Assembly: GCA_050246315.1 (NCBI GenBank)
Contig: JBFWWG010000007.1
Location: forward strand, 64,001-128,000
Source: Nitrospiraceae bacterium
Lineage (GTDB): Bacteria > Nitrospirota > Nitrospiria > Nitrospirales > Nitrospiraceae
Length of the DNA: 64,000 nucleotides
Reading direction: 5' to 3'
How positions within the stretch are numbered: position 1 is the stretch's first letter; every line of letters begins with the position of its first letter. The position numbers and the translations under genes are program-made. This document shows positions 1 to 10,086 of the stretch, one piece after another. The notes below the pieces were generated by a model that worked only from the letters and a program-made list of their open reading frames with translations, searched no databases and was not told the DNA's origin.

Positions 1-291
1 CGATCGAAAGGAAGCCTCACACTGGATGACGGCGCCGTAGAGGCTCTGGTCGAACGCGGAAAAAGCCTGTTGGCCTCCGGCATCACCGGGATCGCCGGCG
101 ACTTCCAGGCGGGAGACGCCGTGGCCTGCCTCACTCACGACGGAAGAGAATGTGCCAAGGGTTTGGTAAATTTTTCCGCCGACGCCCTGATGCGGATCAA
201 AGGCCTCAAGACCACCGAGATCCGTGAACGATACGGACAACAGGAATACGAGGAAGTCATCCATCGGGACAACCTGGTCCTGCTCGACTAA
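1..291 (+). CDS. proB: Glutamate 5-kinase, C-terminal PUA domain (5'-truncated by window edge)
   Basis: Frame 1 is open from base 1: RSKGSLTLDDGAVEALVERGKSLLASGI...GLVNFS...EEVIHRDNLV, the typical ProB C-terminus; lies upstream of nadD. Confidence 0.92.
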   Translation, partial: RSKGSLTLDDGAVEALVERGKSLLASGITGIAGDFQAGDAVACLTHDGRECAKGLVNFSADALMRIKGLKTTEIRERYGQQEYEEVIHRDNLVLLD

Positions 292-300
292 CCCCTACCC

Positions 301-1035
301 ATGTCCCTCCCTCGCCCCGCAGCGCAGACCGGCCAGCGACCACTGAAGATCGGCCTGCTCGGCGGCACGTTCAACCCCATTCACCGCTGCCACCTCACGG
401 TCGCCCACAACGTGCGCCAACGGCTGAACCTGGATCAGGTGCTCTTCATTCCGACCGGCGATCCGCCCCATAAGCTGGCCGGCGGTCTGGCTCCGGCCGA
501 AGATCGGCTGGCGATGGTGCGGCTGGCCTTGGAAGAAGAATCCTGTTTAACGGCCTCTGACCTTGAAGTCAGGCGGCCTGGCCGTTCCTATTCGATCGAC
601 ACGGTGACCTTTCTTCAACAGGAATGGGGAGCGACCGCGGAGCTGTATTTTCTGATCGGTCTGGATGCCTTCCTCGATCTCTCGACTTGGCGGCGCGCCG
701 ACGACCTGCTCACCTCCTGTCACTTTGTTGTCGTCTCGCGGCCTGGCGCCTCCTTCACCGCACTATGTCGTATGGAGTTGCTGCCGCGCCTCGACGACGC
801 CGCGCTTCGCGCCTTGGAGAACGGCCGCATGGACTCCGTGGTGTTCGACCTGCCGTCGGCACGACGTCTATTTCTATTGGATATCCCACCTTGTTTGGTC
901 TCGGCAACGTTGATTCGCGAGCGTCTTCGGCATGGGGCCAGCCTCGACGGTCTCTTGCCCGCTCAAGTTGAATCCTATATACTTCGCAAGGGGTTATATC
1001 GGGAGAGCCATCATCTCGCTGGATTCAAAAGCTAA
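301..1035 (+). CDS. nadD: Nicotinate-nucleotide adenylyltransferase
   Basis: GLLGGTFNPIHRCH, PPHK, SYSIDT, FLIGLDAF, VSATLIR motifs; proB-nadD-rsfS order. Confidence 0.95.
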   Translation: MSLPRPAAQTGQRPLKIGLLGGTFNPIHRCHLTVAHNVRQRLNLDQVLFIPTGDPPHKLAGGLAPAEDRLAMVRLALEEESCLTASDLEVRRPGRSYSIDTVTFLQQEWGATAELYFLIGLDAFLDLSTWRRADDLLTSCHFVVVSRPGASFTALCRMELLPRLDDAALRALENGRMDSVVFDLPSARRLFLLDIPPCLVSATLIRERLRHGASLDGLLPAQVESYILRKGLYRESHHLAGFKS

Positions 1036-1438
1036 GGCACTGGCCATCGCACGCGCGTCGTTGGATAAGAAAGCCTCCGATGTGCGTGTCCTGCATGTGG
1101 CCGCACTGACCTCCGTCGCTGATTACCTCGTCATCTGTTCCGGTGAATCTGAACGGCAGGTCCGCGCCATCGCGGACAGCATCGACGGAACCCTGTCCTC
1201 ACAGCGCCACCCACCGCTGAGCATGGAGGGCGCATCCTCGGCAAAATGGATTCTCATGGACTTCGGCGATGTCGTGGTTCATATTTTCCACAGCGCCGTT
1301 CGCGAACACTACGGGCTGGAACGCCTGTGGTCGGATGCGAAGCGCATTCGCATTCCCAGCACGATACCGTCCCCTCAACCGGCGGAACGTCCGCGGCGGG
1401 CACACTCTCGAGCATCCGGGCTCAGCCGTGGAGCCTAA
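1010..1438 (+). CDS. rsfS: Ribosome silencing factor (start uncertain; ORF open from 932, GGAGAG at ~1002)
   Basis: DKKASD, ADYLVICSG, RQVRAIAD, WILMDFGDVVVHIF, REHYGLERLW. Confidence 0.93.
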   Translation: MISLDSKAKALAIARASLDKKASDVRVLHVAALTSVADYLVICSGESERQVRAIADSIDGTLSSQRHPPLSMEGASSAKWILMDFGDVVVHIFHSAVREHYGLERLWSDAKRIRIPSTIPSPQPAERPRRAHSRASGLSRGA

Positions 1439-1441
1439 GCC

Positions 1442-2839
1442 ATGTTGCGGTTGCTGTTCTCGATCTTCCTGTTTACGGTGGTCTTCCTCTTCTACGGTTA
1501 CTTCCGCGAGCTGAACCCCGGCACCATCACCATCCGCACCAGCCCCACGGTCGCCCTCGAACTCAGCCCCGTGACGCTCATTCTATCGTCGATGGCCGTC
1601 GGGGTTCTGATTGTGACGGTCATCGTGGGCATTCGCGAAACCACACATCTGATCGGAGCCTGGCGCAGCACCAGGCTCCAGCGCCGTCACGAGAAGGGGA
1701 CGGCCCTGCATCAAGAAGGTATGCAGGCGTTCCTGTCGCGCCGGCTCGGCGACGCCAAGACGATCTTCCAAAAAGCGCTGGCTATCGATTCCCATCGAAT
1801 CGAAACCCTCATCTGGCTCGGCAACCTCTATCGGGCCGAACACAATTTCGTTGAAGCAATCCGATTGCACCAGACCGCCCACCGGGTCGAGCCCCGCAAC
1901 ATCGAAGTCCTGCTGGAACTCGCCACCGACCTGGAGGGCGCCAAACGGTATGAGGACGCGTTGCAGGCCTTGCAGGATATCCTTCGCATGGATTCCGACC
2001 ATCTGACCGCGCTCATCCGCAAGCGCGATCTGCTCATTCGGTTGGAAAAGTGGGGTGAGGCCCTGGAGATCCAGCACCGGCTGGTGAAGGCCAATCTGCC
2101 GGCGGCCGACGCTGGTGCCGCATCCGACCTGCTGGTCGGCTGCATGTACGAAGTTGGCCGGCAATTTCTCGAGCGAGGCCATCCGGAAAAGGCCCGCCGC
2201 TACTTCCGAGGCGCGATTAAGAAGGACCGGCGCTTTTTGCCCGCCTATATCGGCCTTGGAGAAATTCTGCTGCACGAGGGCAAGATCAAGAACGCGGTGG
2301 AGATTCTCGAGAAGGTCTATGCCAAGACCAAGAGCATCATCCTCCTCCATCGGTTGGAAGAATTGCATCTGGAACTCGGCGAACCGGCGGAGATCATCCG
2401 CATCTATCAGAGCGCCATTCAGCGAGACCCGCAGAACCCTGTCCTCCAGTTCTACTTGGGGAAGCTGTACTATCGCCTGGAGATGGTCGATGACGCCTAT
2501 GAACTGTTGAGTGCGCTTGAAGGTCCCCACGACCAGTTGGCTGACTACCATAAGATCATGGCCAACCTGCATCTTCGCAAGCACCAGATGGAGGAGGCCG
2601 TGATCGAGCTCAAGAAGGCGCTCGGATTCCGAAAGCGGGTGGTGGTTCCCTACCGGTGTCTGCATTGCCAAGTAGAATCCAAAGAATGGTCCGGCCGCTG
2701 CCGCGCCTGTGGGCAGTGGAACTCCTTCGTGGCCCTGCCCTGGCTGGGGTCGCCGCCTCAGGTGTCCGACCAAGAATCCTCGCAACCGGCTCCCCGTCCG
2801 ACCTACCAAGGTGTTGCATCGCCGTTTGAAACCGTGTAG
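1442..2839 (+). CDS. lapB: LapA-like membrane N-terminus fused to LapB-like TPR protein with C-terminal rubredoxin-type metal site
   Basis: Two N-terminal hydrophobic helices, many TPR-like helices, C-terminal YRCLHC...WSGRCRACGQWNS. Confidence 0.7.
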   Translation: MLRLLFSIFLFTVVFLFYGYFRELNPGTITIRTSPTVALELSPVTLILSSMAVGVLIVTVIVGIRETTHLIGAWRSTRLQRRHEKGTALHQEGMQAFLSRRLGDAKTIFQKALAIDSHRIETLIWLGNLYRAEHNFVEAIRLHQTAHRVEPRNIEVLLELATDLEGAKRYEDALQALQDILRMDSDHLTALIRKRDLLIRLEKWGEALEIQHRLVKANLPAADAGAASDLLVGCMYEVGRQFLERGHPEKARRYFRGAIKKDRRFLPAYIGLGEILLHEGKIKNAVEILEKVYAKTKSIILLHRLEELHLELGEPAEIIRIYQSAIQRDPQNPVLQFYLGKLYYRLEMVDDAYELLSALEGPHDQLADYHKIMANLHLRKHQMEEAVIELKKALGFRKRVVVPYRCLHCQVESKEWSGRCRACGQWNSFVALPWLGSPPQVSDQESSQPAPRPTYQGVASPFETV

Positions 2840-2878
2840 GCTTCCGCTTCTTTTGATCGGCGCACAGCATCCATTCCC

Positions 2879-3925
2879 ATGATGAGCGACACACTGTATC
2901 AATCCTGTGCGGCCAAAGCGCTTCGCGACGAATCTCTGACTCGTGAGGAGTCGGCGGCTGTCTTGTCGACTCCGGACGATCACCTCCTGAAGCTGCTCGA
3001 CGCAGCCTTTGCCGTCCGCCAGCGGTATTTTGGACGCAAGGTCCGACTGCAGATGCTGCAAAACGCAAAGAGCGGCGCCTGTCAGGAGGACTGCCACTAT
3101 TGCTCCCAATCTTCGATCTCGACCGCACCAATCGAACGCTACGGGCTGCTGCCACGCGAGGCCATGATAGCAGGAGCCCGGCAGGCGGCCGCATCCAAAG
3201 CCCAGCGCTATTGCATCGTGATCAGCGGCAGAGGCCCGTTGGATCGAGAGATCGACGAAATCTCCCAGGCGGTCCGCGCGATCAAACGGGAAGTCCCGAT
3301 ACAAATCTGCTGCTCGTTGGGACTGCTGAACGGAGATCAAGCCCGTCGATTGAAATCGGCCGGTGTCGACCGCATCAACCACAACCTGAACACGAGCGAA
3401 CGACACCATCCGTCGATCTGTACGACACACACCTATCAGGACCGGTTGGCCACCATTCGCCATGCGCGCGACGCGAATCTTGAGATTTGCTGCGGCGGCA
3501 TTCTCGGCATGGGTGAGCAGGACGAGGATGTCCTGGACCTGGCGTACGCATTACGGGAGGTTCGGCCGCACTCGATTCCGCTGAACACCTTGCATCCGGT
3601 TCCCGGCACACCGCTGGAAGGCTGCCAGGACCTCAGTCCACAGCGTTGCCTGAAGATCCTCTGTCTGTTCCGGTTTCTCCATCCAAGGACAGAAATCCGG
3701 GTCGCCGGCGGGCGGGAGCACAACCTCCGCTGGCTTCAACCGCTGTCGCTCTACCCCGCCGATTCCGTCTTTGTGAACGGCTACCTCACCACACCGGGAC
3801 AACCGGCGCCCGATGTCTGGAAGATGATTGAAGACCTCGGATTCGAGGTCGAAGTGCAGGATGACCAGCCTACCGGAGCCGGGCAGGAAACCGGATCAGC
3901 GATTCCTCTTTCTCGTCACTCATAG
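2879..3925 (+). CDS. bioB: Biotin synthase (radical SAM)
   Basis: KSGACQEDCHYCSQS, NHNLNTS, ICCGGILGMGE, PGTPLE, RVAGGRE, NGYLTT. Confidence 0.96.
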   Translation: MMSDTLYQSCAAKALRDESLTREESAAVLSTPDDHLLKLLDAAFAVRQRYFGRKVRLQMLQNAKSGACQEDCHYCSQSSISTAPIERYGLLPREAMIAGARQAAASKAQRYCIVISGRGPLDREIDEISQAVRAIKREVPIQICCSLGLLNGDQARRLKSAGVDRINHNLNTSERHHPSICTTHTYQDRLATIRHARDANLEICCGGILGMGEQDEDVLDLAYALREVRPHSIPLNTLHPVPGTPLEGCQDLSPQRCLKILCLFRFLHPRTEIRVAGGREHNLRWLQPLSLYPADSVFVNGYLTTPGQPAPDVWKMIEDLGFEVEVQDDQPTGAGQETGSAIPLSRHS

Positions 3926-6522
3926 CGCAACCCCTCCGCAGGAACCTGTCTGCTCACCCAACGAGCCGGCCAGGCACCGGCGACGAGCGCCGCTCCCATG
4001 GCCAACACGACCGCCTGTGCCAATACCGGAAACGAGATCGTCAGATGCACCGTCCATCCAAAGGATTGTTTATTGATGACCCGCACCAACACCAGGGCCA
4101 GGCAGAGCCCGCTCGCCACACCCAGGATCGCCCCGATCACGCCAAGATACAGCGCTTCCCAAAGGACCAAGCCGGTCACCTGGCCATGGCTTGCTCCCAT
4201 GGCCCGCAAGGTAGCGAATTCCCTCTGTCGTTCCAGCACCGCCGTGAGCAATGTATTCACGATGCCCAGCACCCCGACCATCACCGCGATCACTTCCAAT
4301 ACATAGGTCAGTGCAAAGGTGCGGTCGAAGATCGTCAGAATCTCCCTCCGCAGGTCTGCATTCTTGATCACCGTGAGAATGGGCGCGGATCGGCTGAGTC
4401 CCAGAAATTGCCATTCCAATCGGCGGGTGACCTCGTCCAGATCGGCGCCAGGCTCAAGGTACACCGGCACCACCGTGGCCCCTTCTTCTCCCCAGAGCTC
4501 CCGGAACAGCGAACGGTCCATCACCATCTTTCCGCCGTCGGTCGCATAGTCATAAAAGACCCCCACCACGGGAACGGTCCGTTCTCCCGCGGGCGTCGGA
4601 ATCACAATTACGTCGCCCTCACGTAAGCGAAGCGCGTTTGCCAACACCTCGGAAACCACGACTCCTCGGCGGAGGATCGCCTGCCGGAGGATGGTCTCCG
4701 ACTCGCCGGCGGTGAAGAGATACCGGCTCCGTTGAGCATGGAGCGTCAGATCTCTGGCAACGATCGACCGCGGACGCCCGTCGAGTTCGATCCGGAGGTC
4801 ACGATAGGAATCAACCGCCTCCACACCGGGAGTCCGGGCGATTCGGTCCGTCCAAGCAAGGGGGATCAAAACATCGCGACCGCCTTCATGCCCCGCATAG
4901 GGCCATCCACCAGGCGCTATAATCAGGTCCGCAACTACCGTCTGGTCAATCCAGGCCTCCACGGTCTGGCGGAAGCTCTGAATCATCAACACCACCCCGA
5001 CCATGATCGCCAGTCCGATCATGAGGGCAGAGACCGTCACTCCATTTCGCCCGGGCGACCGTCCCGCGGTTTGGACGGCCAGAACCGGGAAAATGGCCCT
5101 GGGGTGGGTGTTCCATCGATCCCACGCTCGGAACAGGCTCCCTCCAGCACAGACAGATATCAGCGGTGGCGCCAGGAACGAAAACCCGATCAAGAGCAGG
5201 AGAACCGAAAGATACCCTCCCACCGGAATCGCCCCTACCGGGGGTAGGATCGACAGGCCCGCAGAGCTGATCAGCAGAGCCACTCCGGTCCAGACGTGCC
5301 GCGAGACCCGTATGGGTCTCGCCGAGTCGTATCCGCCGACCGAGAGCGCTTGAACCACCTCGGTTCGTGCGGCCTCGATGCTCGGCCCCAGGGCACCCAG
5401 CAGTGAGAATCCCGTTCCGAGAAGCAGGCCCCTCCCCAACAGCGGAAGAACAGCAACGTCGAGATGCGTGCTGGCCGAGACCGCGGCATAGAGATCGGTT
5501 ACCGTGCGTCCGACCAACAGGATCAAGCGATCAGCCAACACCAGCCCCAGAAGGCTGCCCAGCATCCCCCCCGCTATGCCGAACACGGCACCTTCGATCA
5601 AAAACAAACCGGCCAGCATCGGCTCCGACATCCCGATCGCGCGCAAAATGCCGATCTCCCGGCGGTGCTGCGCGACTGAGAACGATAGCGTGTTGTAGAT
5701 CAAAAATCCGCCTACGAGCAGCCCAACCAGGCTCAACATCAGGAGATTAAGCCGAAATGCCTGCACCATCGCATCCATCTGCTCCCCCCGTTGCTCCGGT
5801 CGTCTGGCATGGAGCGAGGGGGGAAGCAGGGCCTGGACCTGGCCCTGTATCTCTTCCAGGGACTGTTCCGCCTCGACTAAGAGTTCGATTCGATCTAGCT
5901 TCCCCACCCGTTCAAAGAGTTCCTGGGCCGCGGCAATGTCCATGACAGCCAGGTCGTCCCAGACAGACGGCCCATGAGACGCTCCTTCTATAATGCCGAT
6001 GACAACCAGCCGGTGAGGTTCGACCCCGGCGATGACATCCAAGTTGCGGCCAGATTGCGCACCGATGCGATCGGCCAGGCGACGCCCGACCAAGACCGCC
6101 CTTTCTTCGAACCATCGAGGGGTGGGGGAGTTCGGCAGATCATCCTGAAGTTTTACGGGTTTGATCCGTTCCAGATCGAGGAGATCCAGAGCGAGGACTG
6201 AAAAGGCTAAACCGGAAGCCGAGTGGCGAAGCCCTTCCTGGAGCACCGGCATGGCGGCGAGCACCCCTGGGATGCCGCGCAAGGGGACGATGATCTCCTC
6301 GGCAAAACTCCCTGTGTCCGAGACCACCTCCAACCTTGCCCCACCGGCAACCTCGAGTACCGCTTCTTGGAACGACTCCAGGACCACCTGATTGGCGCTT
6401 TGGAGCCCCACCGGCGCCGCAACTCCCAGACTGACGCCGACGATGGTCAGACCCGTGCGAAGCGGATGGCCAGTGACATGGCTCTTGGCCAAGCGCCAGG
6501 CGCAGAGCAGGAGCCCGATCAT
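3916..6522 (-). CDS. ABC transporter permease with duplicated MacB/FtsX domains
   Basis: PLRTGLTIVGVSLGVA, RREIGILRAIGM and second ERQREFATLRAMGAS repeat; ATG at 6522 preferred over 6600. Confidence 0.88.
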   Translation of the reverse strand: MIGLLLCAWRLAKSHVTGHPLRTGLTIVGVSLGVAAPVGLQSANQVVLESFQEAVLEVAGGARLEVVSDTGSFAEEIIVPLRGIPGVLAAMPVLQEGLRHSASGLAFSVLALDLLDLERIKPVKLQDDLPNSPTPRWFEERAVLVGRRLADRIGAQSGRNLDVIAGVEPHRLVVIGIIEGASHGPSVWDDLAVMDIAAAQELFERVGKLDRIELLVEAEQSLEEIQGQVQALLPPSLHARRPEQRGEQMDAMVQAFRLNLLMLSLVGLLVGGFLIYNTLSFSVAQHRREIGILRAIGMSEPMLAGLFLIEGAVFGIAGGMLGSLLGLVLADRLILLVGRTVTDLYAAVSASTHLDVAVLPLLGRGLLLGTGFSLLGALGPSIEAARTEVVQALSVGGYDSARPIRVSRHVWTGVALLISSAGLSILPPVGAIPVGGYLSVLLLLIGFSFLAPPLISVCAGGSLFRAWDRWNTHPRAIFPVLAVQTAGRSPGRNGVTVSALMIGLAIMVGVVLMIQSFRQTVEAWIDQTVVADLIIAPGGWPYAGHEGGRDVLIPLAWTDRIARTPGVEAVDSYRDLRIELDGRPRSIVARDLTLHAQRSRYLFTAGESETILRQAILRRGVVVSEVLANALRLREGDVIVIPTPAGERTVPVVGVFYDYATDGGKMVMDRSLFRELWGEEGATVVPVYLEPGADLDEVTRRLEWQFLGLSRSAPILTVIKNADLRREILTIFDRTFALTYVLEVIAVMVGVLGIVNTLLTAVLERQREFATLRAMGASHGQVTGLVLWEALYLGVIGAILGVASGLCLALVLVRVINKQSFGWTVHLTISFPVLAQAVVLAMGAALVAGAWPARWVSRQVPAEGLRYE

Positions 6523-6665
6523 CCAGCCCCCTTCATGGACAGGGCCTTCTGGCCGGGTAGATGAGCCGGCCGATCCGATCACGCACAGGAAAAAAACCAC
6601 AGGCCTAGGGGTTTTACCAGCAGGTAGTTTACAGGGGCTGTCGGCTGTGCTAGGCTAGCCACACT

Positions 6666-6968
6666 ATGAAGACGCACCGAAAGACAACCAAACGAGCCAG
6701 ATCGCCTGTCAGATCGCGAGCCCGTGCGACCGCCGCCACACGCTCGGTCCCGAGATTGGCCCTGACGCCTCGACAGAAGGAAATCCTGCGCTGTGTCGCT
6801 CAAGGTCTGACCAATCGAGAGACGGCGCACCGATTACGGATCAGTGTGCGCACCGTCGAAGTGCACCGCTTCAATCTCATGCGCCGTCTGGGAGTCCGGA
6901 ACGTGGCCCAGTTGCTACGCCAGGCCCTGATGCACAAGTTTCTCCCGAAGAATTTTCTCGCCCGATAA
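6666..6968 (+). CDS. Stand-alone LuxR/NarL-type HTH regulator
   Basis: LTPRQKEILRCVAQGLTNRETAHRLRISVRTVEVHRFNLMRRLGV. Confidence 0.88.
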   Translation: MKTHRKTTKRARSPVRSRARATAATRSVPRLALTPRQKEILRCVAQGLTNRETAHRLRISVRTVEVHRFNLMRRLGVRNVAQLLRQALMHKFLPKNFLAR

Positions 6969-6979
6969 GCCGCGGCCCC

Positions 6980-7912
6980 TCACAGCTCCTGCAGTTTCCC
7001 GCGGCAGGAATCCACTGTCTCGTATCCCTTATCAGCTAGAACCGCCGCGAGGTCCCGTTCCAGCCGCTCGAACACCTCCACACCTTCTTCAACCAGCACC
7101 GTTCCGACCTGGATCGCAGACGCTCCACAGAGAATGTGCTCGAAGGCATCGATCCCTCGGACAACCCCCCCCGTACCGATAATCGGCACGCGACCCTCCA
7201 GCAGCTTCCAAAAGGCCCGGACATTGGCCAGCGCCACAGGCTTGATGATGGCTCCTCCGAGTCCTCCGAAGCCGCCCTTGGGTTTGATCACCACCGACTC
7301 CTGCTCCGGATCGACGACCAGCGCGTTACCCACCGAATTAATCAGGGAGAGAAAATCCACCTCCGTACGACGGATCACCTCCGCCATCACCTGGTGGTGG
7401 GCAGGATCGAAATATGGGGGAAGCTTCACTCCCATGGGAACGGTGATCAGCGGGCGGACTCGCCTAAGCAGCCGCTCCGAGGCCTCAGGATCATAACCGA
7501 TTTGCGGTTTCCCGGGGATGTTTGGGCAGGACAGATTCACCTCGATCAGATCCGGCTTGCTATTATTGATCTCCTTGGCGATCACGACGAAATCGTCCTC
7601 GCACAGGCCGGCGACGCTGGCGATGACCGGCTTCTTGAAGGCCTGAAGCGAGGGGATCATCTCCGCGTAGGCGAGATAGCCCAGATTGGGCAAGCCCATG
7701 GAATTGATCGAACCAGATGAAAATCCGTAATACCGCGGCTCGGGGTTGCCCTGTCGGGCTTCCACGGTCATCGATTTGGTCACGATGGCTCCGGCACGAG
7801 ACCGGCCCAACCGTTCCAATTCTTCGCGCGTGACGCAGAGCGCCCCGGCGGCGTTCATGAAGCAGGAGGGGAATCGAACTCCCGAAATGATGGTCGATAA
7901 GTCCGGCGTCAT
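6980..7912 (-). CDS. pyrD: Dihydroorotate dehydrogenase, class 1A-like
   Basis: MNAAG, GNPEPRY, INSMGLPN, EVNLSCPNIPGKPQIGYD, VKLPPYFD, KGGFGGLGG. Confidence 0.92.
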   Translation of the reverse strand: MTPDLSTIISGVRFPSCFMNAAGALCVTREELERLGRSRAGAIVTKSMTVEARQGNPEPRYYGFSSGSINSMGLPNLGYLAYAEMIPSLQAFKKPVIASVAGLCEDDFVVIAKEINNSKPDLIEVNLSCPNIPGKPQIGYDPEASERLLRRVRPLITVPMGVKLPPYFDPAHHQVMAEVIRRTEVDFLSLINSVGNALVVDPEQESVVIKPKGGFGGLGGAIIKPVALANVRAFWKLLEGRVPIIGTGGVVRGIDAFEHILCGASAIQVGTVLVEEGVEVFERLERDLAAVLADKGYETVDSCRGKLQEL

Positions 7913-8625
7913 GGGGCGTCCTGTGGCATCACAGTTGATGGCTCCTCGTGAAGCGACCCGTCCTGCATCCGGCAGAGCCGATCGGCTTGCCGTGCCGCCG
8001 CATCACTGTGTGTGGCTAGCATGATAGTGCAGCCGAAGCGGTGCGGCAAGCTCCGCAAGAGCGCCAGGATCTCTTCGGCGGTTCGCGAATCCAGATTACC
8101 GGTCGGCTCATCCGCGATGAGGAGCCTCGGTCCATGGACAATTCCGCGCGCAATGGCGACGCGCTGTTGCTCTCCGCCCGAAAGCTCGTTCGGCCTGTGC
8201 CTAGCCCGGTCGCGAAGGCCGACCAGTTCCAGACATTCCTCTACCCGGGAGGACAGACTGCGCCCCGCACCACCGCTCAGCAACAGCGGCATGGCGACAT
8301 TCTCCTCGGCCGTCAAGGCAGGCAAGAGGTGGAAGGCCTGAAACACGATCCCGATCAAGTCTCTTCTGGCCCTCGTCCATTGGAGCGAAGACCAGGAACC
8401 GGTAGAGTGTCCATTCACGAGGATATCGCCGGACGTAGGCCGGTCGAGGCCAGCCACCAGGTTCAGCAGAGTGCTCTTACCACAACCGCTTGGCCCGGTC
8501 AGCGCAAGGTATTCTCCGGCTCCCACGGAGAGCGTGACGTCGCGCAAGGCTTGGACCGGTACCGGTCCTCGATCGTAGGTCTTGCTCACTGCGCGCAGTT
8601 GTATGATGTTGGTCTGGATCGACAT
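7909..8625 (-). CDS. ABC transporter ATP-binding protein (LolD/MacB type)
   Basis: GPSGCGKS, LSGGEQQRVAIAR, ADEPTGNLD; stop overlaps pyrD start. Confidence 0.93.
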   Translation of the reverse strand: MSIQTNIIQLRAVSKTYDRGPVPVQALRDVTLSVGAGEYLALTGPSGCGKSTLLNLVAGLDRPTSGDILVNGHSTGSWSSLQWTRARRDLIGIVFQAFHLLPALTAEENVAMPLLLSGGAGRSLSSRVEECLELVGLRDRARHRPNELSGGEQQRVAIARGIVHGPRLLIADEPTGNLDSRTAEEILALLRSLPHRFGCTIMLATHSDAAARQADRLCRMQDGSLHEEPSTVMPQDAP

Positions 8626-8654
8626 GAGAAGCGGGCTCGTATAGCATATCCACC

Positions 8655-9431
8655 ATGTCGGTTGCACCCTTCCCCTTGACGGTTCCACAGTCATGGCCGA
8701 CAGGGATCGGATCCGTCGGGCGGCGCATCCTGAATCATCTTCTGCCCTTCTCGTGCGGTGCTTGCGGTATCGGCTTGACGGACGACCCCCTCCCTTTCAT
8801 CTGCCGACTCTGTTGGGCGCGGATCACACCGCTGCCACAACCTCGCTGTCCTCGCTGCGGTATCCCATTTGCCTCACCGCATACTTTGATCTATAGCCCC
8901 GACCACACCTGCCGGTCCTGCCGTCGCCACAAGCCGTCCTACACCCGAGCTTGGTCCCTCTTTCCTTACGAATCCTCTCTGCGGAACCTGGTCCATCTAC
9001 TCAAGTACAGGAAAAAGATCGCGCTGGGATCGGTCTTAGGTCGGTTGATGTGTGAGCACCTCCCTGCGCTTCCTGAGATCGATTTGGTCATGCCGGTGCC
9101 GCTGGCTCGCCAACGGCTGCTGGAGCGGGAGTACAACCAGTCCCTGTTGTTGGCGGATCCCATCTCCCGCGCCATCGGCAAACCGTTGGACTGGCACAGC
9201 CTCGTCCGTATCCGACCACGTACTCCCCAAACAGCGTTGCCTCGCCGGGCCCGGCTCAAGAATCTTCGACGCACCTTTGCGGTCGCCAACCCCGCACAAA
9301 TCTCCGGCCAGCGCGTGCTCCTGGTCGACGACGTCTTCACAACCGGCACGACGGTCAACGAATGTGCGAAAGCCCTTCGCAAGGCCGGCAGCGCCGCAGT
9401 ATATGTCGTGACGCTGACTCGAACCTTGTAG
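8655..9431 (+). CDS. comF: ComF family double zinc ribbon / phosphoribosyltransferase-fold protein
   Basis: Four CxxC pairs, REYNQS, VLLVDDVFTTGTT. Confidence 0.9.
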   Translation: MSVAPFPLTVPQSWPTGIGSVGRRILNHLLPFSCGACGIGLTDDPLPFICRLCWARITPLPQPRCPRCGIPFASPHTLIYSPDHTCRSCRRHKPSYTRAWSLFPYESSLRNLVHLLKYRKKIALGSVLGRLMCEHLPALPEIDLVMPVPLARQRLLEREYNQSLLLADPISRAIGKPLDWHSLVRIRPRTPQTALPRRARLKNLRRTFAVANPAQISGQRVLLVDDVFTTGTTVNECAKALRKAGSAAVYVVTLTRTL

Positions 9432-9603
9432 CGTCTGTCCGCAGCGCCTTCCTGCTCGCTACCAGTTTGTAATGTGGCTTGACAAGCCGGCTCCATCCTC
9501 CTACCATGGCCTCATCAGCGCACCTTCCAAGCCCGTTTCACCACACGGGCGGTCGTGATCACCATTTCCGAGCAACATCGGTTTCAGTTCCTTATAGCGA
9601 ACG

Positions 9604-10086
9604 ATGGACCTTGGCAATCTGAGAGAAGAGAAGCGAGGCCAGTCCTTCTTTGCCGGAGAATACCTCTGCAAAGTCGATGAAAAGGGCCGGTTTATCATGC
9701 CCTCCCCTATTCGAGAGCAAGTCGAATCCGAGGCCAGAGGTGTCGTCTTCCTGAAGGGGCCGGAGCAATCATTGTGGATATACACCGCTCCCGAGTGGGA
9801 GCGTGTCCTCGGACGCATGCAGTCCAAATTGGACGAGGACCAAAGCCGCCTGTTTATGCACTTTATCGTGTCGGAAGCCGGCAATTCCGATCTGGATAAA
9901 ACCGGCCGTGTGCTGATCCCCGGCCGATTACGCAAGCTCATCCCGCTGGATGAAGACCAGGAGGTGGTGCTTGTCGGCATGTACCACCGGATCGAACTCT
10001 GGAATCCATCGGACTGGCGTCGCTACATCAGCAAGACCGAAGATCACTACGAGCAAAATATCGGCAAGATTCTCAACCTGTTGTGA
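9604..10086 (+). CDS. mraZ: MraZ-family transcriptional regulator
   Basis: FAGEYLCKVDEKGRFIMP, LDKTGRVLIP, LVGMYHRIELW. Confidence 0.85.
   Translation: MDLGNLREEKRGQSFFAGEYLCKVDEKGRFIMPSPIREQVESEARGVVFLKGPEQSLWIYTAPEWERVLGRMQSKLDEDQSRLFMHFIVSEAGNSDLDKTGRVLIPGRLRKLIPLDEDQEVVLVGMYHRIELWNPSDWRRYISKTEDHYEQNIGKILNLL

Noticed and set aside
1583..3463. 626-aa minus-strand ORF
   Set aside because: Antisense shadow of the lapB-like gene and bioB; no motifs. The same applies to other long shadow or alternative-frame ORFs such as 46575-47975, 40079-41398 and 27133-28029
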